Shown here: piece by piece, positions 1 through 10,981 of the stretch | How positions within the stretch are numbered: the stretch's first letter is position 1 | Layout of the letters: each line of letters starts with the position of its first letter | Sequence record: OZ262643.1 | DNA length: 32,000 bases | Direction: 5' to 3' (one strand) | Made by a program: the position numbers and the translations under genes | The notes under the pieces: model-generated | What the model was told of the DNA's origin: nothing | The model's database searches: none | Seen by the model: the letters and a program-made list of their open reading frames with translations, nothing else

Positions 1-134
1 CCAGCATTAAATAATTGTTCTGCAGCTGCATAGAGTATAGGATGTTCTGCAGTAATCATTTTTTGTAGGTTTATATTTAATTGTTGTAGTTCATTATCAA
101 TGGATTTAAAACTTAATTGTTCATAAGTATTCAT
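1..134 (-). CDS. preA: prenyl (solanesyl) diphosphate synthase PreA, N-terminal fragment; the gene runs off the left window edge
   Basis: Manual reverse-complement translation from the ATG at 134-132 gives MNTYEQLSFKSIDNELQQLNINLQKMITAEHPILYAAAEQLFNAG... with no stop before position 1. The HPIL-x-AA-E-x-LF-x-x-G N-terminal pattern matches plastid/cyanobacterial trans-prenyltransferases. It is too short to appear in the ORF track. Confidence 0.7.
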   Translation of the reverse strand, partial: MNTYEQLSFKSIDNELQQLNINLQKMITAEHPILYAAAEQLFNA

Positions 135-252
135 GAGCTTATTAATATATGTATATTTACGTTATATATTTCCTTTAATTTATAATATTAAACTAGTTTA
201 TACTAAACCTAATAGCATTGTTGGTTTTGTAACTTTTCTCTTTGATGAATTG

Positions 253-261
253 TGATATAAT
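253..261 (+). promoter_or_regulatory. candidate extended -10 promoter element (TGATATAAT) in the preA/pdhA divergent spacer
   Basis: TGnTATAAT read directly at 253-261, about 80 nt upstream of the pdhA ATG. There is no convincing -35 hexamer, and AT-rich spacers produce TATAAT-like strings by chance. Confidence 0.25.
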
Positions 262-340
262 TGTATTAATTAATAAATTTATTTTGTTATTTTTCGTATT
301 GCAATATTATTCAATATTATTAGGAGATGCTTGAAGAAGG

Positions 341-1387
341 ATGTGTAACCCAAAAAATCAAATTAATCTACCAGTAATTTCTACAACAGATGTTAATTGC
401 GGTAATATTGATTCAGATACAATTTTATCTTTGTATGAAGATATGTTGTTAGGACGTTATTTTGAAGATATGTGTGCTCAAATGTATTATAGGGGTAAAA
501 TGTTTGGTTTTGTTCACTTGTATAATGGTCAGGAAGCTGTGTCAAGTGGTGTAATTAAATTATTAAACTCTGGCGATTATGTTTGTAGTACGTATCGTGA
601 TCATGTTCATGCTTTAAGTAAGGGTGTTCAACCTAAATATTTAATGGCTGAATTGTTTGGCAAAGAGACAGGCTGTAGTAAAGGTCGAGGTGGTTCTATG
701 CATATATTCTCGGCACAGCATAATTTTCTAGGGGGTTTTGCCTTCATTGGTGAAGGTATACCTGTTGCAGTTGGTGCAGCTTTTCAAAGTATATATACAA
801 AGCATATTTTGAATAGAGATGGATTATTAAATGTAACAGTTTGTTTTTTTGGTGATGGTACTACTAACAATGGACAGTTTTTCGAGTGTTTGAATATGTC
901 TGTTTTATGGAAGTTGCCAGTTATTTTTGTAGTTGAAAATAATCAATGGGCTATTGGTATGGCTCATCATCGTTCTACTTCATTACCTGAAATTCATAAA
1001 AAAGCTCAAGTTTTTGGTTTACCTGGTATAGAAGTTGATGGCATGGATGTTTTAGCAGTAAGAAGTGTTGCAAGTGTAGCAATTGATAGGGCACGATCAG
1101 GTCAAGGACCAACTCTAATAGAAGCACTTACTTACCGTTTTCGCGGACATTCTTTAGCTGATCCAGATGAGTTAAGATCTCGACAAGAAAAGAGTGCATG
1201 GATAGCTCGTGATCCAATTAAGCGGATTAAAAAATATATTATTGAGCATGAGGTTAGTTCACCACAGAACTTGGAAGTTATTGAATCGCAAGTCAAAAGT
1301 AAGATTAATGATTCTGTAGATTTTGCATTATCTAGTCCTGAACCCAGTATAAGTGATTTGAAACGTTATTTATTTGTAGAAGATTAA
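341..1387 (+). CDS. pdhA: pyruvate dehydrogenase E1 component, alpha subunit
   Basis: 348-aa ORF with TPP-dependent E1-alpha motifs ([43 protein letters not shown]). AGGAG lies at 322-326 upstream. TAA stop. Confidence 0.95.
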   Translation: MCNPKNQINLPVISTTDVNCGNIDSDTILSLYEDMLLGRYFEDMCAQMYYRGKMFGFVHLYNGQEAVSSGVIKLLNSGDYVCSTYRDHVHALSKGVQPKYLMAELFGKETGCSKGRGGSMHIFSAQHNFLGGFAFIGEGIPVAVGAAFQSIYTKHILNRDGLLNVTVCFFGDGTTNNGQFFECLNMSVLWKLPVIFVVENNQWAIGMAHHRSTSLPEIHKKAQVFGLPGIEVDGMDVLAVRSVASVAIDRARSGQGPTLIEALTYRFRGHSLADPDELRSRQEKSAWIARDPIKRIKKYIIEHEVSSPQNLEVIESQVKSKINDSVDFALSSPEPSISDLKRYLFVED

Positions 1388-1441
1388 TTTTGTTGTATTT
1401 TATTTTAATAAATATTACTATTTCTTATATATTAGAAAATT

Positions 1442-2416
1442 ATGAGTAAAATTTTTTTGTTTGATGCTTTACGTGAAGCTACTGATGAGGAAATGCAGAG
1501 AGATTCATCTGTTTTTGTTTTAGGAGAAGATGTTGGACATTATGGTGGTTCATATAAAGTCACGAAAGATCTACACGTAAAGTATGGAGATATTCGCGTT
1601 TTAGATACGCCAATTGCTGAGAATAGTTTTATGGGTATGGCGATTGGAGCTGCTATGACTGGTTTAAGGCCAATTGTTGAAGGTATGAATATGAGTTTTC
1701 TTTTGCTCGCTTTTAATCAAATTTCTAATAATGCCGGAATGCTAAGATACACATCTGGTGGTAATTTTAAAATACCTTTAGTCATTCGTGGTCCTGGTGG
1801 GGTTGGACGGCAATTGGGAGCAGAACATTCACAACGTTTAGAGGCTTATTTTCAAGCTATACCTGGCTTGAAAATAGTAGCTTGTTCAACTCCATATAAT
1901 GCAAAAGGACTTCTTAAATCTGCTATTCGTGATGATAATCCAGTAATTTTGTTTGAGCACGTATTGTTATATAACTTAAAAGATGATATACCTGATACAG
2001 ATTATTTTATTCCTTTGGATAAAGCCGAAATAGTTAGAACAGGTAAAGATGTAACAATTGTAACTTATTCTAGAATGAGGCATCATGTAATGGAAGCTGT
2101 TGGTTTATTGATTAAAGATGGTTTTAATCCTGAGGTTGTTGATTTAATTTCATTAAAGCCGATAGATATTAAAACAATAGTATCATCTTTAAGCAAGACG
2201 CATAGATTAGTTATTGTTGAGGAGTGTATGAAAACAGGTGGAATTGCTGCTGAAATTATTGCTCAAGTTAATGATAATTATTTTGACCTTTTAGACGCTC
2301 CAATTGTTCGGTTATCTTCTAAAGATATACCTACTCCTTATAATGGTAACTTAGAAAAAGCTACAATTATATATCCACAACAGATAGTAGATTCAGTTAA
2401 AAAACTACTATCTTAA
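1442..2416 (+). CDS. pdhB: pyruvate dehydrogenase E1 component, beta subunit
   Basis: 324-aa ORF 54 nt downstream of pdhA. E1-beta / transketolase-like motifs ([29 protein letters not shown]). Confidence 0.95.
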   Translation: MSKIFLFDALREATDEEMQRDSSVFVLGEDVGHYGGSYKVTKDLHVKYGDIRVLDTPIAENSFMGMAIGAAMTGLRPIVEGMNMSFLLLAFNQISNNAGMLRYTSGGNFKIPLVIRGPGGVGRQLGAEHSQRLEAYFQAIPGLKIVACSTPYNAKGLLKSAIRDDNPVILFEHVLLYNLKDDIPDTDYFIPLDKAEIVRTGKDVTIVTYSRMRHHVMEAVGLLIKDGFNPEVVDLISLKPIDIKTIVSSLSKTHRLVIVEECMKTGGIAAEIIAQVNDNYFDLLDAPIVRLSSKDIPTPYNGNLEKATIIYPQQIVDSVKKLLS

Positions 2417-2445
2417 ATATAATTTAATTAGATGTTGCTATGTAT

Positions 2446-3399
2446 TTAAGAGTTCATTTCAGCAGCCTGTACTTTTTCCCATTGTTTTTTCTTAAGTACA
2501 AAGAAAATTTGTGCAATTGTGATACCTATAAAGAAAGTAATCATGCTTTTAACCCTAGTTGGATTCTGTAAGACTATTTCTGTTTCATTTTGTCCAAAGC
2601 CACCAACATTTGGGTCACTGGTTAAATTTTGATTGACAGTAATATCATTACCTTCTTGTATTATTATTTTTAAGCCTTTTGGAATATCTTCAGTGATTAT
2701 TTCACCGTTACTTTTTTGTATGTCTATAAAGTATCCACCTTTTTCTTTAAGATTAATTTTTGATACTTTGCCTGTAACAGTTGAAGTAATAATGTTATTA
2801 TTAGATTTTTCTCCCGTTGGATAAATTTGTCCCCGTCCCCTATTGCCTCCAACATATATAGCATATTTTAGAAAGAATACATTTTTATCTTTACTAGGAT
2901 CAGGTGATAAAATAGGAAATATGATTTCTTGGTTATTTTTACTCCCTACTGGTCCTATGACTAAAATATTTTCTTTTGAAGTGCTATATGGCTGTATATA
3001 AAAATTTTTAGTTTTGTTTTTTAGTTCTTTACTCAATAACTTCTTAGGAGCTAATTTAAAACCTTCAGGTAAGATCAATATTGCTCCAGTATTTAATGAT
3101 CCTTCTCCTCCATTACCAATTATTTGTTTATTACTTATGTCATAAGGAATTGAAATTTTCGCCTCAAATATACTATTAGGTAATATAGATTTTGGTACTT
3201 CTATGGATACTGATTTTTGTGCCAAATGACAATTGGCACATACAATGCGTCCTGTTGCTTCTCTAGGATTTTCGTAGCCTTGCTGAGCAAAAATAGGATA
3301 TCCGTGAACTTGGCTTGCGGAAAAACTTATTAAAGTTATGCAGGTAAGAAGAAAGATTATGAATTTAGATATGATTGATTTTGGCTTACTTGTATTCAT
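2446..3399 (-). CDS. petA: cytochrome f (apocytochrome f precursor)
   Basis: 317-aa ORF. Hydrophobic signal peptide, then the mature N-terminus [27 protein letters not shown] (CxxCH heme site). C-terminal membrane anchor [16 protein letters not shown]. Confidence 0.96.
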   Translation of the reverse strand: MNTSKPKSIISKFIIFLLTCITLISFSASQVHGYPIFAQQGYENPREATGRIVCANCHLAQKSVSIEVPKSILPNSIFEAKISIPYDISNKQIIGNGGEGSLNTGAILILPEGFKLAPKKLLSKELKNKTKNFYIQPYSTSKENILVIGPVGSKNNQEIIFPILSPDPSKDKNVFFLKYAIYVGGNRGRGQIYPTGEKSNNNIITSTVTGKVSKINLKEKGGYFIDIQKSNGEIITEDIPKGLKIIIQEGNDITVNQNLTSDPNVGGFGQNETEIVLQNPTRVKSMITFFIGITIAQIFFVLKKKQWEKVQAAEMNS

Positions 3400-3488
3400 G
3401 ATTATTTGTTGCTTATTCTATTCTTTGTATTTATAATAACATTCTATATTTGTTCTTGATGATAAATATATACTTTTGCTTAAACTTT

Positions 3489-4214
3489 TTATTTTTGTAT
3501 TATTTTGAGAGTAAGTATGCCGCTGAAATATAAAAATATGATTGTAATTGTCATTAAAGATTGTGTAATTGGGTCAGTGGAAGGTGTGATAATAGCACCT
3601 ATTATTGTAGCAATAAATGCTACATATTTCCATGATTTTAGCATTGCTTCTTTTTTGATAATATTAGTTATACCTAAAATAATTTGTAGTATTGGTATTT
3701 GAAATGATAATCCTACACTAAATAAAACTAAAATTATAAAGTTGAAATATTCTTCCAGTGACCAAACTGGTTCTACTATATCTGATCCATAGTTGATCAA
3801 AAATTGTAAAGTAGTTGGAACTAAAACAAAGTATGAAAAAATGACTCCAGACAAGAATAATAATGTTGAGCCAGTAAATAAAAATATTAAGTACTTGCTT
3901 TCTGTTTTTGTGAGTCCTGGTAAAATGAATAGCAGTATTTGATATAAACTAAAAGGACTACTTATTACAAGAGCTGAATATGATGCTATTTTTATTGATA
4001 CAAATAAATATTCTCCGGGTGCTAGTTGTAAAAACTTAATCCCTATAGCAGGTTCTTGTAATATTAGTGTGATTTGTTTAGAATATGCTATGCATATTAC
4101 TAGTGATATCATAAATACCACTAATGAAATTAGTATTCTTTCTCTTAATTCTATAAAATGTTCAAGAATAGGCATCTTATTATTGTTATTCTTACTATAA
4201 TATATTTTTTTCAC
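3489..4214 (-). CDS. tatC: Sec-independent (twin-arginine) protein translocase subunit TatC (ycf43)
   Basis: 241-aa polytopic membrane ORF with the TatC N-terminal motif LEHFIELRERI. Start is uncertain: an in-frame ATG at 4175-4173 (MPILEHF...) would remove the Asn-rich leader MKKIYYSKNNNNK. Confidence 0.88.
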   Translation of the reverse strand: MKKIYYSKNNNNKMPILEHFIELRERILISLVVFMISLVICIAYSKQITLILQEPAIGIKFLQLAPGEYLFVSIKIASYSALVISSPFSLYQILLFILPGLTKTESKYLIFLFTGSTLLFLSGVIFSYFVLVPTTLQFLINYGSDIVEPVWSLEEYFNFIILVLFSVGLSFQIPILQIILGITNIIKKEAMLKSWKYVAFIATIIGAIITPSTDPITQSLMTITIIFLYFSGILTLKIIQK

Positions 4215-4418
4215 TAGTTAAATATCCTTTAATTAAAATTTCATTACTTATAAGTATTACAAAGTTTATCTCTATTCAAGGTAGTTTTGAGATTTAATTA
4301 TATGATATTATTAATTGTTTCTTATACATATAAATACTTTTTGCTTTGACTCTTTAAGTTTTAAGTATCTTAGTTATAGTATTTTTATTAGTTTATAAAA
4401 TTAGGAATATTTATTGTT

Positions 4419-7052
4419 ATGATAGTCAAAGCTAGTGGTGGAAGTCCGTTAGTACAACAACAACCTTATCGCACTTTATCTTTATCTAGTATTTTACAGG
4501 CAGAACAGCAAGACCGTTTTTTGATATTAGGTGAATTAAATCAGTTAACATCTTTTTTTAATTCTGGTAATAAAAGACTGGAAATCGTAGATTTATTAAC
4601 TAAAAATGCTAATTTTTTAGTTTCTAAAGCTGCGGATAAAATATTTGTTGCTGGTTCACCTATATCTTATTTAGAAAGACCTCAAGCTTCTTTTTTAGAT
4701 TCTAATGCTACTGATGAATTAAATATAATCCAAGATTTATCTGGCAATGCATCTAACAATTTGTTAGAAAACATTTCATCAGCTTTATTTGAAGCTAATG
4801 AATCATTACCTCCCGGTTTTAAACCAATTAATGTAGTGCGTTATGGTGCTATACGTATGAAAAAATCTCTACGTGACTTAGATTGGTTTTTAAGATATTT
4901 AACTTATGCAATTATTTCTGGAGACACTAATATTCTTGCTGCTAATATAAGGGGTCTGAGAGAATTAATTGATAATGCTTGTTCAAGTGCTGCTGCAATT
5001 GTAGCTTTACGTGAAATGCGTAAATTATCTGTTGGTTTGTTTGAAAGTGATTTAGAATCTAAGCAATTAGTTCAACAGTATTTTAATGTAGTGATTTCTG
5101 AATTTGAATCTCCTGCTTTAAGTGATAAAGTCCGTAAAAGATCATCTAATGATTCTCAAGGTTTACGCTTACCACAAGTTTATAATTTTGCGGGTTACTT
5201 AAATCAGAAATTTGTAATGAAGAGTAGTTTATCTTTTGATGAAAAACAATTAGTTATTAGTGCTTGTTATAGACAAATTTTTGAAAGAGATATCTCGAAA
5301 GCATATAGCCTAAAATTTAATGATTTAGAGTCACAGTTAAAGACTGGGCAGTTATCTGTAAAAGAATTTGTTCGCTGTTTAGGTAAATCATCAATATACA
5401 GACAACAATTTAATCAGCCATTTGTGAATAGTCGTGTTGTTGAATTAGCCTGTAAACATTTCTTGGGTAGGGGCTTAAGTTCTATAGAAGAGTTTCAGAA
5501 ATATTTCTCTATTCTATCTACTAGAGGTTTGAATGGTATGGTTGATAATTTAATTAATTCACAAGAATATGCTGACTATTTTGGTGAAGAAACAGTACCG
5601 TATATACGTAGCTTATGTGAGGAAGCGCAAGAGTCTAGAAATTGGGGTCCGCAAATTAGGTTATTTAATTACAGTTCAGTTTTTAGAAAGATACCAGATT
5701 TTATCACTCTATTTGCTGATTATAAATCTAACTTACCTGATCAGCACCCTTATGGTCTAAGTAATGATCCATTTGCGTTACAATTTGGTGCTATTTTTCC
5801 TGATAATCTTGTTGCACTAAAAACAAAATCTGCATCTTTTAGTAGAGATACGAGAAGATTATTGATTAGATATGGTCCGGGTATATATAATCAAATTAGT
5901 AGTCCTAATTTTAGAAATAAAATATCTAATGTCTTAGGGCCTACTATTTTTAGTCTCAAGGATCAATCGCAAACTCTAGATCAGGTTATAGCTGCTATCT
6001 ATATAAGAATCTTTGGTAGGTTTGTATATGAAGAAGAGTTCTCTTCTATTTTCAAATATGAAAAACAATTTAGAAGTAATTTGATTTCGGTTCGTGAATT
6101 TATAAGATTTTTAGTAAAGTCTTCATTGTTCCGATCTCTTTATTGGGATTCTTTGTATATCTGTAAAGCAATAGAGTATATTCATATTAAATTAATTGGT
6201 AGACCTACATACGGTAGACAAGAAATAGATCAATATTTCAATACAGTATATAAACAAGGTTACTATGTTATGGTAGATTTGATGTTAGATAGTGTAGAGT
6301 ACGATGAATCTTTTAGCGATTTTATTGTTCCATATGAACGTTATCTTACACCTAAAGCAGTTTCATCTAAATCTTTTAGTGCGTTTAACTTTTCTTTAAA
6401 TAAGTCAATTAATGATCAAACTACTAATGTGTTAAGTTTTTCAAACCTTTCTAATATTAAAGAAAATCGTAGTCCTAAAAGTATTAGTTTTAAAATCAAT
6501 CAAGGTGTTAGTGATCAAAGATCCCAGGTTAAAATATTTACACTAGATACATCTCAGGATCATTTAGATCAAACTCAGATTTTGCGTGCTACTTATCGTC
6601 AGGTGTTTGAGAGAGATATCAATAGTTTCAGTATAGGTGATGAATTTTATAATCTAGAAAAAGCATTTTTATCTGGTGATTTAAATGTTCAGCAGTTGGT
6701 CGAAAAGTTAGGTTTGTCTGTTTTATATCGGAAAGAGTTTTATAGTCCATATCCGAATACTAAAGTAATTGAGCTTGCGACCAAACATTTTTTGGGTCGA
6801 GCTCCTAATAATCAGGCAGAAATTAGGTATTATAATCAAATTTTAGCTTCTCAGGGCTTAAATAGTTTAGTTGATATCCTTACGAATAGCTTTGAGTATA
6901 AAACAATTTTTGGTTTGAATACTGTGCCATATCGTCGTTTTCCTACGTTACCAGCGGCAAGTTTTCCTAATACTGAAAAATTATATAACTCTTTTACCAA
7001 ACAAAGTACACAAATTGTAGTTCCTAGTTTTAAGTCTATATCAAGTTATTAA
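4419..7052 (+). CDS. apcE: phycobilisome core-membrane linker ApcE (LCM), with a phycobiliprotein-like domain and three REP linker domains
   Basis: 877-aa ORF. N-terminus MIVKASGGSPLV. Allophycocyanin-like domain with RDLDWFLRYLTYA and the bilin-binding context IDNACSSAAA (Cys188, nt 4980-4982). Three internally related linker repeats at about aa 275-396, 517-640 and 716-839. Confidence 0.96.
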   Translation: MIVKASGGSPLVQQQPYRTLSLSSILQAEQQDRFLILGELNQLTSFFNSGNKRLEIVDLLTKNANFLVSKAADKIFVAGSPISYLERPQASFLDSNATDELNIIQDLSGNASNNLLENISSALFEANESLPPGFKPINVVRYGAIRMKKSLRDLDWFLRYLTYAIISGDTNILAANIRGLRELIDNACSSAAAIVALREMRKLSVGLFESDLESKQLVQQYFNVVISEFESPALSDKVRKRSSNDSQGLRLPQVYNFAGYLNQKFVMKSSLSFDEKQLVISACYRQIFERDISKAYSLKFNDLESQLKTGQLSVKEFVRCLGKSSIYRQQFNQPFVNSRVVELACKHFLGRGLSSIEEFQKYFSILSTRGLNGMVDNLINSQEYADYFGEETVPYIRSLCEEAQESRNWGPQIRLFNYSSVFRKIPDFITLFADYKSNLPDQHPYGLSNDPFALQFGAIFPDNLVALKTKSASFSRDTRRLLIRYGPGIYNQISSPNFRNKISNVLGPTIFSLKDQSQTLDQVIAAIYIRIFGRFVYEEEFSSIFKYEKQFRSNLISVREFIRFLVKSSLFRSLYWDSLYICKAIEYIHIKLIGRPTYGRQEIDQYFNTVYKQGYYVMVDLMLDSVEYDESFSDFIVPYERYLTPKAVSSKSFSAFNFSLNKSINDQTTNVLSFSNLSNIKENRSPKSISFKINQGVSDQRSQVKIFTLDTSQDHLDQTQILRATYRQVFERDINSFSIGDEFYNLEKAFLSGDLNVQQLVEKLGLSVLYRKEFYSPYPNTKVIELATKHFLGRAPNNQAEIRYYNQILASQGLNSLVDILTNSFEYKTIFGLNTVPYRRFPTLPAASFPNTEKLYNSFTKQSTQIVVPSFKSISSY

Positions 7053-7155
7053 GTTTAGTTGATTAAAGTACGATACAACTTTCTTGTTTTAGTACTATTT
7101 CTTAAAATATATTTATTAATCTATGAATGAATAACTAATTTGATTATTATTGTAC

Positions 7156-7183
7156 TAGTTTACATTTACTAAAATGTAAGTTA
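7156..7183 (+). terminator. stem-loop in the apcE-apcA spacer (12-bp stem including 2 G-U pairs, 4-nt loop)
   Basis: TAGTTTACATTT-ACTA-AAATGTAAGTTA paired by hand. It starts about 100 nt after the apcE stop and ends about 70 nt before the apcA start. Confidence 0.4.
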
Positions 7184-7240
7184 CTGACTTAAATGAGTTT
7201 TAGTAAAAAGTAGTTAATTATTTATATATTATTCACTTCT

Positions 7241-7246
7241 GAGGAG
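7241..7246 (+). promoter_or_regulatory. Shine-Dalgarno-like GAGGAG, 8 nt upstream of the apcA ATG
   Basis: GAGGAG read directly at 7241-7246. It complements the 3' end of bacterial-type 16S rRNA. Its spacing favours the ATG at 7255 over the TTG at 7252. Confidence 0.5.
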
Positions 7247-7254
7247 TTTTATTG

Positions 7255-7740
7255 ATGAGTATTGTAACTAAATCAATTGTTAATGCAGATGCAGAAGCAA
7301 GGTATTTGAGTCCAGGAGAATTAGATCGAATTAAAAGTTTTGTTCTATCTGGTCAAAGACGTTTAAGAATTGCTCAAATACTTACTGATAATCGTGAGCT
7401 TATAGTTAAGCAAGGTGGTCAGCAATTATTCCAGAAGCGTACTGATGTAGTTTCTCCTGGTGGCAATGCTTATGGAGAAGAGATGACTGCAACTTGTTTA
7501 AGAGATTTAGATTACTATTTAAGATTAGTTACTTATGGAATAGTTGCAGGTGATGTTACACCAATTGAAGAAATAGGTTTAGTTGGAGTGAAAGAAATGT
7601 ATAATTCTCTTGGTACTCCTATTTCAGGTGTAGCTGAGGGAGTTCGTTGTATGAAAAATATCGCATGCTCTTTGTTATCTGGGGAAGATTCTGCAGAGGC
7701 TGGATTCTATTTTGATTATACTTTAGGTGCAATGCAATAG
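7255..7740 (+). CDS. apcA: allophycocyanin alpha subunit
   Basis: [26 protein letters not shown]..., chromophore Cys context [13 protein letters not shown], 161 aa from the ATG at 7255. The ORF-track start at 7252 is a TTG one codon upstream. Confidence 0.96.
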   Translation: MSIVTKSIVNADAEARYLSPGELDRIKSFVLSGQRRLRIAQILTDNRELIVKQGGQQLFQKRTDVVSPGGNAYGEEMTATCLRDLDYYLRLVTYGIVAGDVTPIEEIGLVGVKEMYNSLGTPISGVAEGVRCMKNIACSLLSGEDSAEAGFYFDYTLGAMQ

Positions 7741-7820
7741 TGATATTTGTATTCATGTATTGATATATTGATTTGATTTTTTTATTTGTTATTTATATCT
7801 AAAAAAGGAAATTTATTTTT

Positions 7821-8306
7821 ATGCAAGATGCTATTACGTCTGTGATTAATACAGCTGATGTACAAGGAAAATACTTAGACGATAACTCTTTAAAAAAATT
7901 AAGAGGTTACTTTCAAACTGGTGAATTAAGAGTTCGAGCAGCTGCAACTATAGCTGCTAATGCTGCTACTATTATTAAAGAGTCCGTTGCAAAAGCATTG
8001 TTATATTCAGATATTACAAGGCCAGGTGGTAATATGTATACTACAAGAAGATATGCTGCTTGTATTAGAGATTTAGATTATTACTTAAGGTATTCTACTT
8101 ATGGTATGCTAGCAGGTGATCCATCTATTTTAGATGAGAGAGTTTTAAATGGATTAAAAGAAACTTATAATTCTCTGGGTGTTCCTATTGGTGCTACAAT
8201 TCAAGCTATTCAAGCTATGAAAGAAGTAACTTCTTCATTGGTTGGTACAGATGCAGGAAAAGAGATGGGTCTATATTTCGATTATATATGTTCTGGTTTA
8301 AGTTAA
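7821..8306 (+). CDS. apcB: allophycocyanin beta subunit
   Basis: 161-aa [23 protein letters not shown]..., chromophore Cys context [18 protein letters not shown] lies 11 nt upstream. Confidence 0.96.
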   Translation: MQDAITSVINTADVQGKYLDDNSLKKLRGYFQTGELRVRAAATIAANAATIIKESVAKALLYSDITRPGGNMYTTRRYAACIRDLDYYLRYSTYGMLAGDPSILDERVLNGLKETYNSLGVPIGATIQAIQAMKEVTSSLVGTDAGKEMGLYFDYICSGLS

Positions 8307-8352
8307 ACTTAGCATAAATTTTTATTACTGTTTTTACTTAACCCTAAATTTA

Positions 8353-8390
8353 TTAAAATATGAAGTTTTGTTTTTTACTTTATATTTTAA
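8353..8390. terminator. A/T-rich stem-loop between convergent apcB and atpE (14-bp stem, 10-nt U-rich loop)
   Basis: TTAAAATATGAAGT-N10-ACTTTATATTTTAA. There is one G-U pair in the plus-sense RNA, which becomes a C-A mismatch in the minus sense. Confidence 0.4.
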
Positions 8391-8408
8391 TAAATATTAG
8401 GTAGTAGC

Positions 8409-8813
8409 TTATGTATTGATGATTGTAGCTGCTTGTATTCTAGCTTTTGCTTTTCTTAAAGATTGTGTAGCTTCTATTTTATCCTTACTTGTTGTTGCCT
8501 CCTCTAATAAATTGCTAGCTTTTTCTAAGCTTTTATTAGCTTCGTCAAGGTCAATTTTGTCAATTTCTTCTGCACCATTAACTAAAATTGTAACTCTATT
8601 ATTTTTTACTTCTGCAAATCCTCCTAAAAGTATTATTGGCCTCCATTCTTTATTAATCCTAACTCGCATAACGCCTATATCTAATGCAGTTAGTAATGGT
8701 ATGTGTCCTGATAAAATACCTAGTTGTCCTGTACTACTAGGTAAAATAATTTCTTCTGCTTCTGCATTCCATACAATTGTGTCTGGTGCAATTACACGTA
8801 CTTGTAATGTCAT
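8409..8813 (-). CDS. atpE: ATP synthase CF1 epsilon subunit
   Basis: 134-aa ORF MTLQVRVIAPDTIVWNAEAEEIILPSSTGQLGILSGHIPLLTAL, 25 nt downstream of atpB on the same strand. Confidence 0.95.
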   Translation of the reverse strand: MTLQVRVIAPDTIVWNAEAEEIILPSSTGQLGILSGHIPLLTALDIGVMRVRINKEWRPIILLGGFAEVKNNRVTILVNGAEEIDKIDLDEANKSLEKASNLLEEATTSKDKIEATQSLRKAKARIQAATIINT

Positions 8814-8838
8814 ATGTTCTTGTGAATTTTGTCAAATT

Positions 8839-10278
<1,440 letters not shown>

Positions 10279-10362
10279 TTACTATTTTGTTAATTAACAC
10301 TGTTTCTACTGTTAAAATTTAAATTACTTAGTGAATCTTTCTTAAAAAATATTCCTAAAATT

Positions 10363-10872
10363 TTATTTATATTCACGACCTGTGGTTTTGATCCAATTCT
10401 GTGCTTCTATGTAATTATTAGGTGCTAAGTAAATAGCTTGTTGCCAATACTTTGCTGCTTTTGTAAACATTTCTTTAGATATAGTTAATTTTTTTTGATT
10501 TCCTGCCTTAACTCCTTGATAATGATATATAACAGCTATATTATTTAATGCTTGTGGCAGGTTATCGTTTAATTCTAGAGCTTGATGGTAATATTCTAGT
10601 GCTTTAATATGTTCGCCGTTGCTACTATATATTAAACCAATGTTGTACAAAATATATGACCGGTCAAAAGGATCTTCTTCTAATTGTAGTGCTTCGTAGT
10701 AGTTTTCTAATGCTTCGGCGTATTCTCCTTCAGACTGTGCTGACATCCCATCCCTATAATAATAAAATGCTTGTTTTTCATCTTTACTAGTTGGTAAGAC
10801 TTTGAGTACTATATCAGCTAGTATCGTAAACGTTTTGTCAATAAAATTATCGTTTTTTTGTAATCTTGGCAT
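10363..10872 (-). CDS. ycf3: photosystem I assembly protein Ycf3 (TPR protein), intronless
   Basis: 169-aa [24 protein letters not shown]... followed by three TPR units ([25 protein letters not shown]..., [11 protein letters not shown]..., [13 protein letters not shown]). Confidence 0.93.
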   Translation of the reverse strand: MPRLQKNDNFIDKTFTILADIVLKVLPTSKDEKQAFYYYRDGMSAQSEGEYAEALENYYEALQLEEDPFDRSYILYNIGLIYSSNGEHIKALEYYHQALELNDNLPQALNNIAVIYHYQGVKAGNQKKLTISKEMFTKAAKYWQQAIYLAPNNYIEAQNWIKTTGREYK

Positions 10873-10981
10873 ATGTATGTCTACATACTTTTTAATATAA
10901 GGTTTTATTGTTAATATAATTATAACATTCTACTACAGTATAAATTTTATCTAATTAAATAAAACATTTCAATTGATTTTT

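Noticed and set aside
302-321. A tandem 10-bp duplication, CAATATTATT x2, upstream of pdhA.
   Set aside because: There are only two copies of a low-complexity A/T motif. This is consistent with replication slippage in an AT-rich spacer, with no evidence of function.
327-377. A 16-codon out-of-frame mini-ORF ([16 protein letters not shown]) starting at ATG 327 and overlapping the pdhA start.
   Set aside because: The AGGAG at 322-326 abuts this ATG with zero spacing, which is unsuitable for initiation. The AGGAG is more plausibly the pdhA SD. There is no reason to think the mini-ORF is translated.
2633-2824. Short (63-76 aa) ORFs at 2633-2824, 3505-3702, 5569-5760, 13574-13768, 23608-23799 and 25540-25770.
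   Set aside because: Each lies wholly inside, or antisense to, a confidently identified gene (petA, tatC, apcE, rpl33, rps2, atpI). None has a recognisable motif.
4346-4380. TTGACT (4346-4351) and TATAGT (4375-4380) as an apcE promoter.
   Set aside because: The spacing between the two hexamers is 23 bp, far from the 16-18 bp optimum, and no better -10 lies at the correct distance. It is not supportable from sequence alone.
7252-7254. A TTG start for apcA, as given in the ORF track (MMSIV...).
   Set aside because: The next codon is ATG (7255), which gives the canonical allophycocyanin alpha N-terminus MSIVTKSI. It is also better spaced from the GAGGAG at 7241-7246.
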